Below are positions 32,701 through 42,208 of a stretch of DNA of 64,000 bases, in pieces. The notes below the pieces were generated by a model, which was not told the DNA's origin, did no database searches, and worked only from the letters and a program-made list of their open reading frames with translations. The translations under genes were made by a program, and so were the position numbers. How positions within the stretch are numbered: position 1 is the first letter of the stretch; every line of letters starts with the position of its first letter. The DNA is taken from IMG/VR virus record IMGVR_UViG_3300044729_002678, positions 32,001 to 96,000 of that record; one strand, given 5' to 3'. The DNA is from a virus.

Positions 32701-32838
32701 AAATGTTATACTTCCCGTAGATATGGCGGTAATTGTATGAATAGAACTTGTGGGAACAAAAAAGCTACCAGATTTTAGAAACTGATTATTTTTTGGTATT
32801 ACTACTGCTACTTGTGAATTTGCTACTGGTATTGGCAT
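29785..32838 (-). CDS. Fibre protein with YadA-head-like and GNVGIGT repeats
   Basis: 14-aa A.G..S.A.G repeats, GNVGIGT units, C-terminal W...HNL...P domain. Confidence 0.75.
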   Translation of the reverse strand: MPIPVANSQVAVVIPKNNQFLKSGSFFVPTSSIHTITAISTGSITFTPALSNYTTISSASLTWLDSSSLSSPFYLATSSLNIPYDVIDNLFFSNLFSFGTSTTIVTQSNSSFIFNSSSIVGASTRQFSIGYLSSSIQEYYDYTVTEAVVSLVIDDSDGSIQFQDGFSTATGITINSDTAVKGGINNRATGTGSFAVGSGSSAEGNASFTAGKSTTATGEGSFAIGSSSLAQGNTSIAEGIGTLASGVASHAAGINTTASGQAAFSIGIETDADGIASFAAGSGSWARGTATVVMGIGTVASSSGQLVVGHYNETKTDINNLFVVGDGTGPLTANRRNIIEVYGGMGASFRGVKIDTAATPAITTTIDGFNVYGRSIFHGVVTQSAGIITIDDDYGGITHGSASYIAETYTSLGQLRGRTLLNYKGIDFNNSNLTSAPSSTHLWTNDSNRLFYGSNAIILNGGNTLGGVMTIGTNDTNNLQLETGGTTRVFISASGNVGIGTTSPSAQLHISGASNSVLFEIDSPMVNNIIYVSGSGNVGIGTSNPTYQLHVSASGGTNGTIYTSNRVIAAGGTAADPTFATNSTIAGLFEPSYANLGFTSYGGEAGRIETSNRYWNIGMTGGTAKMNIRGTGATSATNTLRVENSSGIAGLIVGDDARTFVGEDYTFTSSQRYYLLEASADGLVTFTNNTTSVGQTNGFLSGELYLTGTQPFINHRAINVITTNRNTSTSNILRAFYASGRTGNSGAANTVAGFLGGVNIEGSGNVTNAIGLEIEIYSQTSNKTITNMYGVKVQPLINSVGTITNTYGLYIDSLTAGTQSNAAYGIYQAGTDKNYFAGNLGIKTTSPSASLHISGASNSGLLEIDSPAVNNIIYVSGSGNVGIGTGTPTNTLQVVGGVTATSFTGSLFGTSSWAVSSSNAITAQTASYFLGQNFATFTQSIASTTWTFNHNLSFRTPVITIYNSSYEVVIPDSITGTSDNQSVITFSTSQSGYATATVGSILPTNTTALMLAYAVVL

Positions 32839-32839
32839 T

Positions 32840-34324
32840 TTATTTCAACTTTTTAATTTCTTCTTTTAGTTCTTTTATTTCATCTAAAAGATGTTTAATT
32901 ACTGCTGCATGATATGGTATCATACTTACATAACTAACACCAAATTCATAACCTTCTTTTGATATGTTACCCTCTTCGTCTGTATGTTCTTTAATTAATG
33001 GGTTTTCTGCTATTGTAATTAAATGGTCAAATCCATTTTTCATAACATCTTGCGCAATAACCCCTACATCGTATTTACCAGTTATTGTATCTAAATTATC
33101 ACTACTTTCAGGTCTTTTCCAATTAAATGAAACAGGTTTTACATTTTCTATCAACCTTAATGCGGTTTCAATATCTATACCTTTAATATTTTCTTTTAAC
33201 CTAACATCCGATGTTGAGGATATTCCAGATGAACCAAGAGACCTAATTTCTTGCGCAGTAACAGCACCATCGGTAAATATACCCGTATTTATTACATTAT
33301 ATGGGTTAGATATTTGTTCAGGACTAATCATTACCCCCGACATAGAATTATCAGGATGTCTAATTGATGTGTAATAAGATGTATTTCCCGTTTTGGGTGG
33401 TGGGTGTCTCAATGTACCATAATTAGTAGTACCTGGAGTTGGATTATATACTTTTACAGCAATTGGTGGGGATGCGCCTCTAGATGATAGATTAAATAAA
33501 TCTTGAAACCCAATATACACAATTCCAGCTTTATTTTGGTCTCTTAACGCATCAGTATTATTTCTAAGATTTGCAGCGGTTTCGGTTGTTCTAGTAATTC
33601 TAACAGGCCCATAGAAATCGGAAATATTATTATTTGTTGGTTTTATTTCTACCAAATTTCTTAATGTGTTTGGAGTTCCATGTGGACCGAAAAAACCATT
33701 TCCAATTATTGTCGCAAACGCCAACGATGAACCAGTATTAAGAGTTCCCTTTACATGCTGACCATGACCCTCCGCAATTGTATAAGTTCCTTCTGCATGG
33801 GAATAATCACCATTTGCTTTTGTAGAAAATCCTTCAGCATGGGAATAATCACCATTTGCTAGTGTACTCAATCCTTCAGCATGGGAATAATCACCATTTG
33901 CTGTTGTAGAAATTCCTTCTGCATGGGAAGCCGTACCATTTGCATTAGTATATTGACCTTCTGCATGGGAATAATCACCATTCGCCGCATTTTGAAAACC
34001 ATTAGAAAGAGTGCCTAAAATTTGCAATGTTGCTGTTGGTAGTACTGCACCCGTTCCTATTCCGATTCTACTTCCACTTTCATAAATTGAAGAGGTTGTA
34101 ATAGTAGTGTTTCCACTCCAACGGGTTATATAATTTTGAGTTCCACTTCCACCAATAACACTACCACCGCTTACTAGCGATGATGCTGAAAAGTAGGTGA
34201 ATATGCCTGATTGTGAATTATAACCAACAATATTTGCTTGTGCGGTATTTGGTAAACCACTTGCGGTTATGTTTAATACGTGTATTGCACTACCTGATTG
34301 TAGTATCTTTTTCCATGATGGCAT
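32840..34324 (-). CDS. Fibre protein with YadA-like head repeats and a C-terminal S74 intramolecular chaperone
   Basis: ANGDYSHAEG repeats; SDVRLKENI...V.F.WK...GVIAQDV...V.Y followed by a coiled coil. Confidence 0.85.
   Translation of the reverse strand: MPSWKKILQSGSAIHVLNITASGLPNTAQANIVGYNSQSGIFTYFSASSLVSGGSVIGGSGTQNYITRWSGNTTITTSSIYESGSRIGIGTGAVLPTATLQILGTLSNGFQNAANGDYSHAEGQYTNANGTASHAEGISTTANGDYSHAEGLSTLANGDYSHAEGFSTKANGDYSHAEGTYTIAEGHGQHVKGTLNTGSSLAFATIIGNGFFGPHGTPNTLRNLVEIKPTNNNISDFYGPVRITRTTETAANLRNNTDALRDQNKAGIVYIGFQDLFNLSSRGASPPIAVKVYNPTPGTTNYGTLRHPPPKTGNTSYYTSIRHPDNSMSGVMISPEQISNPYNVINTGIFTDGAVTAQEIRSLGSSGISSTSDVRLKENIKGIDIETALRLIENVKPVSFNWKRPESSDNLDTITGKYDVGVIAQDVMKNGFDHLITIAENPLIKEHTDEEGNISKEGYEFGVSYVSMIPYHAAVIKHLLDEIKELKEEIKKLK
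33790..33985 (-). repeat. 42-bp tandem repeat (ANGDYSHAEGxSTx), about 5 copies
   Basis: gcatgggaataatcaccatt recurring every 42 bp. Confidence 0.9.
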
Positions 34325-34436
34325 ACTTCACTCACTAATTTATAACACATTATGGTTGGATACACATACTAAGTGAGTAGTATATGGGCCCACTTCCTTA
34401 TTCAGGCCAATAATATGTTTTGGTTATACTCTATTA
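34325..34436 (-). ncRNA. Structured 5' leader RNA (three-way junction plus possible RBS pseudoknot)
   Basis: Stems found by eye between the late motif TACTTATA (34437-34444) and the ATG at 34324. Confidence 0.6.
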
Positions 34437-34477
34437 TATAAGTATGGAAAAATATTTTATTATTGTTTATTTCCCCA

Positions 34478-36280
34478 CTATGAGTATATCCAAATATCGC
34501 CATTATTTTGGATATGCATATTACCAAATCCAAAAGAAGCGCTACCAAAAGTTGGTGCATTTGAATCGGATGGGGCGGCTGATGATGCGGAAACCGTTAC
34601 CATAAAATCGGTTGGAGTTACATTCATTGAACCTGTTGGTACACCCAATGCTACACCCCATCTATTTGCTAAACCATTTGCTGCACCACTACCGCTATTG
34701 AATACGAAAGCAGAACCACTACCATTTGCTCCTTCAATAATTATACCACCTTCGGATGAGGGTGTTAAAGAACCTGAACTTCTTCCTAAAACGATAAACT
34801 TATCTTCTATTGATATGTTTGATGTGTTTATTACCGTTGTATCACCGTTTACAGTTAAATCACCAGTAACAGTTAAATTATTTCGAACAGTAGTTGTACC
34901 GGTTGTAGCACCTATGGCGACTGTAGTCGCTACCCCACCAATGTTTAGGGTAGTAGCGTTTGTATTAAATATAGTAGTAGTTCCAGTTGATGTTGTTGTT
35001 ATATCACCACCATTTACTGCTAAATCCCCACCAATGGAAATATTACCACTTGCGGTTATATGTGTAAATGAGGGGGAATCTGCAAAGTCAAATGTTAATG
35101 TATCGGGTGTAGTAGCAGCACTAATCGTTATGTTTACATCGGATGATGAAATGATTAAAGTATCTGCCGAAGAATCTGCTTGCGCTGTACCAGTCGAACC
35201 ACCCAAGCCACCAACATTAATAGTTGCAAACGAATTAATACCCGTTATACTACCCGATGGTAATGTTGCTACTTTAACGAGCTCACCACCAGAACCAACT
35301 AAAGCTATATTATAGCCTGCATTGTCCGTCACCAATGGCAATCCCGATGCGGTTAGGGTTGATGTGGCTAAATTGGTAAATGTTGGAGAGTCTTTAAATG
35401 AAAAGGTTATAGTATCAATACCAGCTGAACCTGATATTAACAAGTTATTGTTTGTGTTGGAAATCCCAGCAAATGAGCCTGATGCAATACTCAAATTACC
35501 TGTTGCAGTATCTGCTATAACGGCTACACCACCAACGCTCATTGTTGCATAAGCATTTGTTCCCGCCACACTTTGTATAGAAGCGCTTAAAGCCGCAATT
35601 GTTGCTGCAGCATAATCACCAATGTATAAGTATGCATCAACATGGGTTGGTATTGTTGAAGCGCCTGCTGCAAATTGTGTTGGGTCTTGTATCCACAAAA
35701 TACCCGCAGAACAATCAACTACCCAGTCGGATTGGTCTGTGGGTTCTATTAAAATACTTCCTGAATATAATCTAGGTGTATAATTCTCGCCAAAAGCAGG
35801 TGGAACAATTTGTAATCCAAATCCACTACCAGTTAAATGATAATTATTTACATATGGAGCAGTTCCTTTTTTGGGGTTGGATGAATTACTAACACTTTCA
35901 TAACTACCTGTTAATCTAAGTGCATAAGTGTGATTTGTAGATGATATATTAATTTCACCTTGTTGTTCAATTGTTGTTCCTACTAAATCAGCTGGTGCTG
36001 TATATGGATAGTTACCACTACCAACTGCAGTCAACTGAAATCTTACATATTCTAATACAGGCTTACCACCCAATGATTGGGAATAAAGTGTATAAATGGT
36101 TGGAGCGGTTGTTGGTATTTGTGAATTTATTGGTAATTGATCAGCAAATATACTCTGTCCCCCCAATTGAACAGTTGATGAAATGATTTCATTTGGGGTT
36201 GGATTTAGTGGGGTGGTATGTGCTTTACCATCCAATCGTTTACTAACAATATCTAATTTATTAAGCTGAGTTACTGCCAT
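34478..36280 (-). CDS. Fibre / structural protein, paralogue of 38644-40665
   Basis: Shared GDLTVNGDTT...IEDKFI and RWG...PTD...FGN.HI....IW.Y segments. Confidence 0.7.
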   Translation of the reverse strand: MAVTQLNKLDIVSKRLDGKAHTTPLNPTPNEIISSTVQLGGQSIFADQLPINSQIPTTAPTIYTLYSQSLGGKPVLEYVRFQLTAVGSGNYPYTAPADLVGTTIEQQGEINISSTNHTYALRLTGSYESVSNSSNPKKGTAPYVNNYHLTGSGFGLQIVPPAFGENYTPRLYSGSILIEPTDQSDWVVDCSAGILWIQDPTQFAAGASTIPTHVDAYLYIGDYAAATIAALSASIQSVAGTNAYATMSVGGVAVIADTATGNLSIASGSFAGISNTNNNLLISGSAGIDTITFSFKDSPTFTNLATSTLTASGLPLVTDNAGYNIALVGSGGELVKVATLPSGSITGINSFATINVGGLGGSTGTAQADSSADTLIISSSDVNITISAATTPDTLTFDFADSPSFTHITASGNISIGGDLAVNGGDITTTSTGTTTIFNTNATTLNIGGVATTVAIGATTGTTTVRNNLTVTGDLTVNGDTTVINTSNISIEDKFIVLGRSSGSLTPSSEGGIIIEGANGSGSAFVFNSGSGAANGLANRWGVALGVPTGSMNVTPTDFMVTVSASSAAPSDSNAPTFGSASFGFGNMHIQNNGDIWIYS

Positions 36281-36335
36281 TTTAATTCCTGTATTTTATT
36301 TATTTGACATATTTTATAGTACCACATTAATTTTT

Positions 36336-38345
36336 TTATGCTACTGTTATTTGTGTTATTCTCCCCGTCCAACCAGTTGTTGCGGTAATTCTAACTAACC
36401 AATTGGTATCCGAAGATGGTAGGCCAGGCCAGCTTTGATTTCTCATATTAATTGTTTTTGCTGTACCACTATTAATAGCAGCACCATCACCACAACCAAC
36501 ATTGTCATCAAATTGTGTATAAGATGTAGGAGCAGCCACTAACAAATCACGATATCCAGTACTCTCTGGTATTTTAATATGTATGTAGGCGTTTTGGCTT
36601 GCTAATGCGGTAGTATTAGCTACAAATCCTGAAGTCATACCAGTCCATGAAATTGTTATATTTTTTTGAGAATTACTACCATCAGATGCATTATGCAAAA
36701 ACCTTCTATACAAATATTTAGTTCCGCTCAATGCACTATAGTCTGGAACAGTACCTGCTTTATATACCGCGCCACTCATATTACCAACAACCGATGGATA
36801 AACTAACGCATTGTCAAAAAATGCCAATTCGCTTGTGAGTGTACCCAATGATGTGGTTGCATTATACACAGCAGTAGTTAAAGATGCTTGGGTATCATAG
36901 GAAGCGGATGGGACTCTGTGGCTTTCAGTTGTGAAATACTCAATTTTAGTAGTTGGTATCGATGTATTTGTATGTATGATAATTGTTGGTGTACTTATTG
37001 TTTGTGGTCCAGTTGTTTTTCCTTGAACACCAAGTGCTGTATAAGTTACTGATATTGGGTTGTTTAATGCCCTCGCATTCGTCCCAAATGTAAATGAAGA
37101 AGTTGCTTGTAAATTTGAATTGAAATTAGTAGGTGCGGGTGGTGTATATGATGTAACAGAACCCGATGTTCCTGTGGATGAAAATGTTATAGCGGTTGAA
37201 TTATAACTACAACTATAAAAACCAGGAACACTACCACTTGCAATAAAAGTAAGAGCAGTACGATACGGAATCCCCGAAATCCATTTAAGACCTGTTGGAT
37301 TAAATGAATGTGTTGAATTTGTTGGTGCTGAAAATGATGTACCTGCTTGTGCTGGATCAAAAACCCAATCTGCGTAATTTGTCATTTTCATAGAAGATGA
37401 TTGTATTACTTTTACATAATTCCATCCTCTTTGAAAAAATGATGATGTTATTGTTAAAGTACCGGTTCTATGCCTTCTATACACAAATGATAATCCCGTA
37501 TCTTTAAATGATCCGGTTTGTGCAGCAGATAAACTAAAATTATTAGCATCTGAAAAAGCGGATGTTCCTGTTGTAGTTACTTTAAATTGCTGATTGTTTA
37601 TTTCAACAATATAACTCTCACCACCATCCGCAGGAACACTAAAAGCATCCGCTGGATAGTTTGTAAACGAAGCCGAATCAGGAGTAGTACTTTCGTTTAT
37701 ATCAAATGTTAGGGAACGTGATGCTGTAAAAATACCGAGTCTATAATAAGTACTGCTTGGCGATGTTGTATTTGTAACAGCTATAAAAGATTCCCCATTG
37801 TTTACCGCAGTACTCATCGGAGCTACACTGCCAGTTCCACTTGAGCTGATGTACCCTGTCGCAACAACACCACTACCAAACGATAATCTTGTGTTTGAAG
37901 TTGTATTAGCGCTTGTTGCTAATCCTTCAAGATTTCTAACATCAGGTGCTGAAGATGGGGCTAATCCATTTAACACCTCATTAAACCTATCAATCGCAGT
38001 ACCAATTGGTGTTGTTTGTGCGGAAAAATCAGTAAAAAGACCATCGCTATAATCACTATCTTCAGCAGAACCAATTGTTATATTTCCACCAACTACAGTA
38101 TGATTTGAGGCGGTTGTGAGTGTGGTAATACCATTCCACACAGCTAGTTTGTTTGCTTCACCACCAGTACCAGCATATGTTACTGCATTTGCGGTTGCAA
38201 TTGATGATGTATCGAATTTAGTAATATTACCCGAGCCATCTATACCAAGTACTTGAGCTTGACCGGCCGTTGGTAAATTACTCGCGGTTATGTTAGTAAA
38301 ACTTCCGTCGCTACCTGATATTAATATTCGTTTCCATTCTGCCAT
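36336..38345 (-). CDS. Virion structural protein (MxxWK..SGS family)
   Basis: 669 aa, Ser/Thr-rich; EDSDYSDGLF.DF...TPIGTAIDRFNEVL. Confidence 0.65.
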   Translation of the reverse strand: MAEWKRILISGSDGSFTNITASNLPTAGQAQVLGIDGSGNITKFDTSSIATANAVTYAGTGGEANKLAVWNGITTLTTASNHTVVGGNITIGSAEDSDYSDGLFTDFSAQTTPIGTAIDRFNEVLNGLAPSSAPDVRNLEGLATSANTTSNTRLSFGSGVVATGYISSSGTGSVAPMSTAVNNGESFIAVTNTTSPSSTYYRLGIFTASRSLTFDINESTTPDSASFTNYPADAFSVPADGGESYIVEINNQQFKVTTTGTSAFSDANNFSLSAAQTGSFKDTGLSFVYRRHRTGTLTITSSFFQRGWNYVKVIQSSSMKMTNYADWVFDPAQAGTSFSAPTNSTHSFNPTGLKWISGIPYRTALTFIASGSVPGFYSCSYNSTAITFSSTGTSGSVTSYTPPAPTNFNSNLQATSSFTFGTNARALNNPISVTYTALGVQGKTTGPQTISTPTIIIHTNTSIPTTKIEYFTTESHRVPSASYDTQASLTTAVYNATTSLGTLTSELAFFDNALVYPSVVGNMSGAVYKAGTVPDYSALSGTKYLYRRFLHNASDGSNSQKNITISWTGMTSGFVANTTALASQNAYIHIKIPESTGYRDLLVAAPTSYTQFDDNVGCGDGAAINSGTAKTINMRNQSWPGLPSSDTNWLVRITATTGWTGRITQITVA

Positions 38346-38379
38346 ATGTTCTCACAATTTATATGTTATAATTATATTT

Positions 38380-38625
38380 TTATTTATCTTTTTTTGTTTT
38401 TTTTCCGCTCAATACAATAAATTGAGATTGTAATTTTATAATTGTATTATAGACCAATTCAACATCAGAAACTTTAAATGTTGAATCCTTTATTGCGCTT
38501 AACAAAAAGGTAATCTCTTCCAACCCCAAATCATTTTCATTTGATGTTTGTTGTTTTGTTTCCACTACAACTTCTTCTTGTTGTGGTTGAACACTCTTTG
38601 TTCTTAATTTATCTAAAATTGACAT
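38380..38625 (-). CDS. Small hypothetical protein
   Basis: 81 aa with AAGGAG SD. Confidence 0.7.
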   Translation of the reverse strand: MSILDKLRTKSVQPQQEEVVVETKQQTSNENDLGLEEITFLLSAIKDSTFKVSDVELVYNTIIKLQSQFIVLSGKKTKKDK

Positions 38626-38643
38626 TTTGTAACTCCTTTATTT

Positions 38644-40665
38644 TTAAATATACATCCAAATTGTATTATTAGATGTGTTGATATGAACATTTCCAAATCC
38701 AGCAGAAGCGCTTCCATATGTTGGTGCTCCAGCGGCCGTATTTAATGGGTTTGCAGTAGATGCGCTTACACTCACCAAATAATCCGTAGGTGTTACTGTA
38801 GTAGCGTTATGGACAACATTGTTGTTTAATCCCCAACGAGCGCTTCCATCTGCGGGTACATTTGTACCATTATAAAAAAGAGCTGAACCCGTTGATATAC
38901 CACTACTACCAGATGTAGTTTGAACTATAATACCACCATCAGTTGTAGTACCGGAGCCGGATGCTAATAATATAAACTTATCTTCTATTGATATATTTGT
39001 TGTGTTTATTATTGTTGTATCACCGTTTACAGTTAAATCACCAGTAACAGTTAAATTCCCACCAACAGTAGCATTAGTTGCAACAGCCAATGTTGTACCA
39101 ATAGTGGCTGCACCACTTGTTGTAAGCGTTTGGCCTATTAATCCTGCGGATGAACTAATATTGCCTGATGCGGTTATTTGTGTTGTAGTTAAATTACCGC
39201 CAATAGTTCCATTTCCGCTTGTGTTTAGTGTCGCACCTATTAATCCTGCGGATGAACTTATGTTACCACTAGCGGTTATGTTTGTAGTTGTTATAGCACC
39301 ATTAGCAGTTAATCTGCCTGTTATAGTGCTTGTTCCACCAATAGTTTCGTTGCCTGTAATACTTAAATTACCACTTCCGCTTATGTTACCACTTGCGGTT
39401 ATGTTTGTAAAACGCGGGGAATCGTTAAATGAGAAAGTTATAACATCATCTTGGCTGGCGGATATTAACAAGTTATTGTTTGTGTTGGCACTTCCCGCAA
39501 ATGAGCCTGAATTGATAGTTAAAATATCTGCTGAACTATCGGCTGTTACTGTAACCCCACCAATTGTTATATTTGAAAATGAATTGATACCTGCTACATT
39601 ACCCGATGGTAATGTTGCTACTTTAACAAATTCACCACTAGAACTAACTAAAAGGATATGCAATCCTGATAAACTTGCGCTTGTTATTTCTGGTGTTGCT
39701 GATGCGGTTATGGTTGTGGTTGTTAATGCACCATTAGCGCTTAGTCTACCACCAATAGTTGCAGTTCCGCTTGTTGTGAGTGTAGCGCCTATTAAACCTG
39801 CAGATGAACTTATGTTACCCGATGAAGTTATTTGATTTACTACTATTGATTTAATTTCTTTACTTGATGAACCAATAACAATAGCATTATCTGCAAATGG
39901 AATTAAATCGGAATTTAATAACCCATCACCCAATGCAAAAAGACCATATACATTTACAGAATCATTAGAATCCCCTCCAAGATTTACACTACCATTAAAA
40001 TTGGTTTGTGTTGTACTACCACCAATATTTACAGTAGTAGCCCCACCTCCTAAATCAAGTTGAGTTAGATTTCCATCAAATATGCGAGCATTTCCAGTAA
40101 ATGTAGTTGTTATATCACCACCATTTACTGCTAAATCCCCACCAACAGTAGCTCCACCACTTGTTGTAAGCGTTTGGCCTGTTAATCCTGCGGATGAACT
40201 AATATTGCCTGATGCGGTTATGTTTGTAGTTGTTATAGCACCATTAGCAGTTAATCTGCCTGTTAAGGTTGATGTTCCCGTAATACTTAAATTACCACTT
40301 CCGCTTATGTTACCACTTGCGGTTATGTTTGTAAATGAGGGGGAATCTGCAAAGTCAAATGTTAATGTATCAGTTCCAGAATTAGTAGTAATCGTTAGGT
40401 TTGCATCGGATGATGAAATGATTAAGTTATCTGATGCACCATCTGCAAACACTGTTCCAGTTGAACCACCCAAGCCACCAACACTCATTGTAACGAATGA
40501 AAGAACGGATTGCCCTGTTAATGTTGCTTGTGAAACCTGTCTAACTTCACCTGCAGTACTTATTAATAACACATTTTCAGTTGTACCTGTTGGAACCTGG
40601 CTTGCGGTTACGCTTGTTAGATGGGCATTACTACCTGATACTATTACTTTTTTCCATGATGCCAT
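38644..40665 (-). CDS. Fibre protein with ITASGNIS repeats
   Basis: 673 aa; repeated TNITASGNISSSAGL.G.TL.TSG. Confidence 0.75.
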   Translation of the reverse strand: MASWKKVIVSGSNAHLTSVTASQVPTGTTENVLLISTAGEVRQVSQATLTGQSVLSFVTMSVGGLGGSTGTVFADGASDNLIISSSDANLTITTNSGTDTLTFDFADSPSFTNITASGNISGSGNLSITGTSTLTGRLTANGAITTTNITASGNISSSAGLTGQTLTTSGGATVGGDLAVNGGDITTTFTGNARIFDGNLTQLDLGGGATTVNIGGSTTQTNFNGSVNLGGDSNDSVNVYGLFALGDGLLNSDLIPFADNAIVIGSSSKEIKSIVVNQITSSGNISSSAGLIGATLTTSGTATIGGRLSANGALTTTTITASATPEITSASLSGLHILLVSSSGEFVKVATLPSGNVAGINSFSNITIGGVTVTADSSADILTINSGSFAGSANTNNNLLISASQDDVITFSFNDSPRFTNITASGNISGSGNLSITGNETIGGTSTITGRLTANGAITTTNITASGNISSSAGLIGATLNTSGNGTIGGNLTTTQITASGNISSSAGLIGQTLTTSGAATIGTTLAVATNATVGGNLTVTGDLTVNGDTTIINTTNISIEDKFILLASGSGTTTDGGIIVQTTSGSSGISTGSALFYNGTNVPADGSARWGLNNNVVHNATTVTPTDYLVSVSASTANPLNTAAGAPTYGSASAGFGNVHINTSNNTIWMYI

Positions 40666-40745
40666 AATTAGTTTTCCATTTTTACTTTATTAACCCTTAA
40701 ATATAAATAGTTTATATTTTTTTATTCTATATTAATTTATTATTT

Positions 40746-41387
40746 TTATTCAACTCCCAAATAAAAATTTCCATCAGAACCATAATACATCCCACCAGTC
40801 ACAGCCGTTGGTGGTGTATCAAATTTACCCAATACCATTACACCCTCTGAATTTATTTGTGCTGCAACAAAACTGCCGGATTTAATAATAAAAAAATCAG
40901 GGGCTTCAGACGATATTTTGGTTTGAACTTCGTTTGATTGATTATATATTGTTACACTTGATGTAGTTAATCTGACATTTCCTAATTGTATGTATTCATC
41001 TCCACCAAAAACTTCCGTAATAACCCCAGTATCATCAACAAAACTTAAACTTCTACTTACATACACATCACTCCAAGCAGCATCAGGACTACCAACGGAA
41101 AAATCGGATGTTTTACCTGATTGAACATAGGGGATAAGTGAACCTGAATAATTTACTGAGCCTGAAAATGAACTTCTACCAATAATTAGGAGATTTCCCA
41201 ATAGATTTACATTACCATTTGTAGTGGTATTTGTAGTTACTACTTCTTCAACAGTTTCACCTAAACTACTTGATTTTTTTAAAAATAATTTACCATCAGC
41301 AGTATTGACTGCTAACTCACCTAACGCAATGGAGGCTGTTGTCGGTATGTTCCCCGATACTAAATTTCTTTTTAGTATGATTGCCAT
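40746..41387 (-). CDS. Fibre-associated protein with an Mtd/hyaluronidase-like N-terminal domain
   Basis: I.LKR..V.G..P....LGELAVNTADGKLF. Confidence 0.6.
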   Translation of the reverse strand: MAIILKRNLVSGNIPTTASIALGELAVNTADGKLFLKKSSSLGETVEEVVTTNTTTNGNVNLLGNLLIIGRSSFSGSVNYSGSLIPYVQSGKTSDFSVGSPDAAWSDVYVSRSLSFVDDTGVITEVFGGDEYIQLGNVRLTTSSVTIYNQSNEVQTKISSEAPDFFIIKSGSFVAAQINSEGVMVLGKFDTPPTAVTGGMYYGSDGNFYLGVE

Positions 41388-41794
41388 TAGAAAAATCCCC
41401 CGTCAACATTTTCGGTAAATAAAGAATAACTTGCCGTACCAAATAAAGAACCAGTAAACGATGGTGCAATAATGTTATTAGTAACAACAAGTGAACCTGT
41501 TATAGTTGTGTTACCATCAACTTTAAATTCAGCAAGAACATCTAAATGCCCTACGGCATCTACTGTTTGAAATCTATCACCACCATCAACATTTTCAAAT
41601 ATTTGTAAACCAGTATCACCCCTATCACCTTTTGGTCCTTTGGATGTAACAGTTACTACATGAGTTTCTTTTTGTATTACATTTACGGATGTATCTTTAG
41701 TCTTATCAGTAACAATAACCCTGTTGTCAGATTTGTTTATTTCTACCGAATTTTGAGTTGATACAACTTTAACATTTAATCTATCATTACTCAC
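41387..41794 (-). CDS. Structural protein with a short collagen-like stretch
   Basis: GPKGDRGDTG; SFTGSLFGTAS; ends DGGFF. Confidence 0.55.
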   Translation of the reverse strand: MSNDRLNVKVVSTQNSVEINKSDNRVIVTDKTKDTSVNVIQKETHVVTVTSKGPKGDRGDTGLQIFENVDGGDRFQTVDAVGHLDVLAEFKVDGNTTITGSLVVTNNIIAPSFTGSLFGTASYSLFTENVDGGFF

Positions 41795-42180
41795 CTAGTT
41801 ACCTCTTTCGAAAGCTTTACAAGTCCTTCCAATAATCTCGTAACTATACCACCATTACTCTGCAATTCTATATCATATACACCTTCGGCGAAGTTTAAAT
41901 TTGATGATGATGCAGCAGAAATAAACAAACCAATACTACCCGATGTTCTTGGTAGAACAACCGATGCTGATTCTGGGGTAAGGTTTAATCCTGTCCCATC
42001 ATTAGAAAGTGTATTAGTAATACTTAAATATGTTGTGGATGAATCAACCGAAGGTCTTATTTGCATTCTTGCACTGTATCCAGTTAAGTCAACAGGCTCA
42101 CCATTAGAATCTTTCCATTCTAATAATAAATCCGTTGTCGAACCCTGTTCTATGGTCAATAAATATCTTCCAGCTGCCAT
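41791..42180 (-). CDS. Ig-like fibre attachment/adaptor protein
   Basis: IEQG.T, DLTGYSARMQIR, YDIEL, RLLEG.V.LS.EVT. Confidence 0.6.
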   Translation of the reverse strand: MAAGRYLLTIEQGSTTDLLLEWKDSNGEPVDLTGYSARMQIRPSVDSSTTYLSITNTLSNDGTGLNLTPESASVVLPRTSGSIGLFISAASSSNLNFAEGVYDIELQSNGGIVTRLLEGLVKLSKEVTR

Positions 42181-42208
42181 TTTATACTCCTATTATTAAT
42201 ATAAATAT

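Noticed and set aside
34478-40665. Possible diversity-generating retroelement (TR/VR pair) among the fibre genes
   Set aside because: No reverse transcriptase in the window, both copies are coding, and the differences are not adenine-specific
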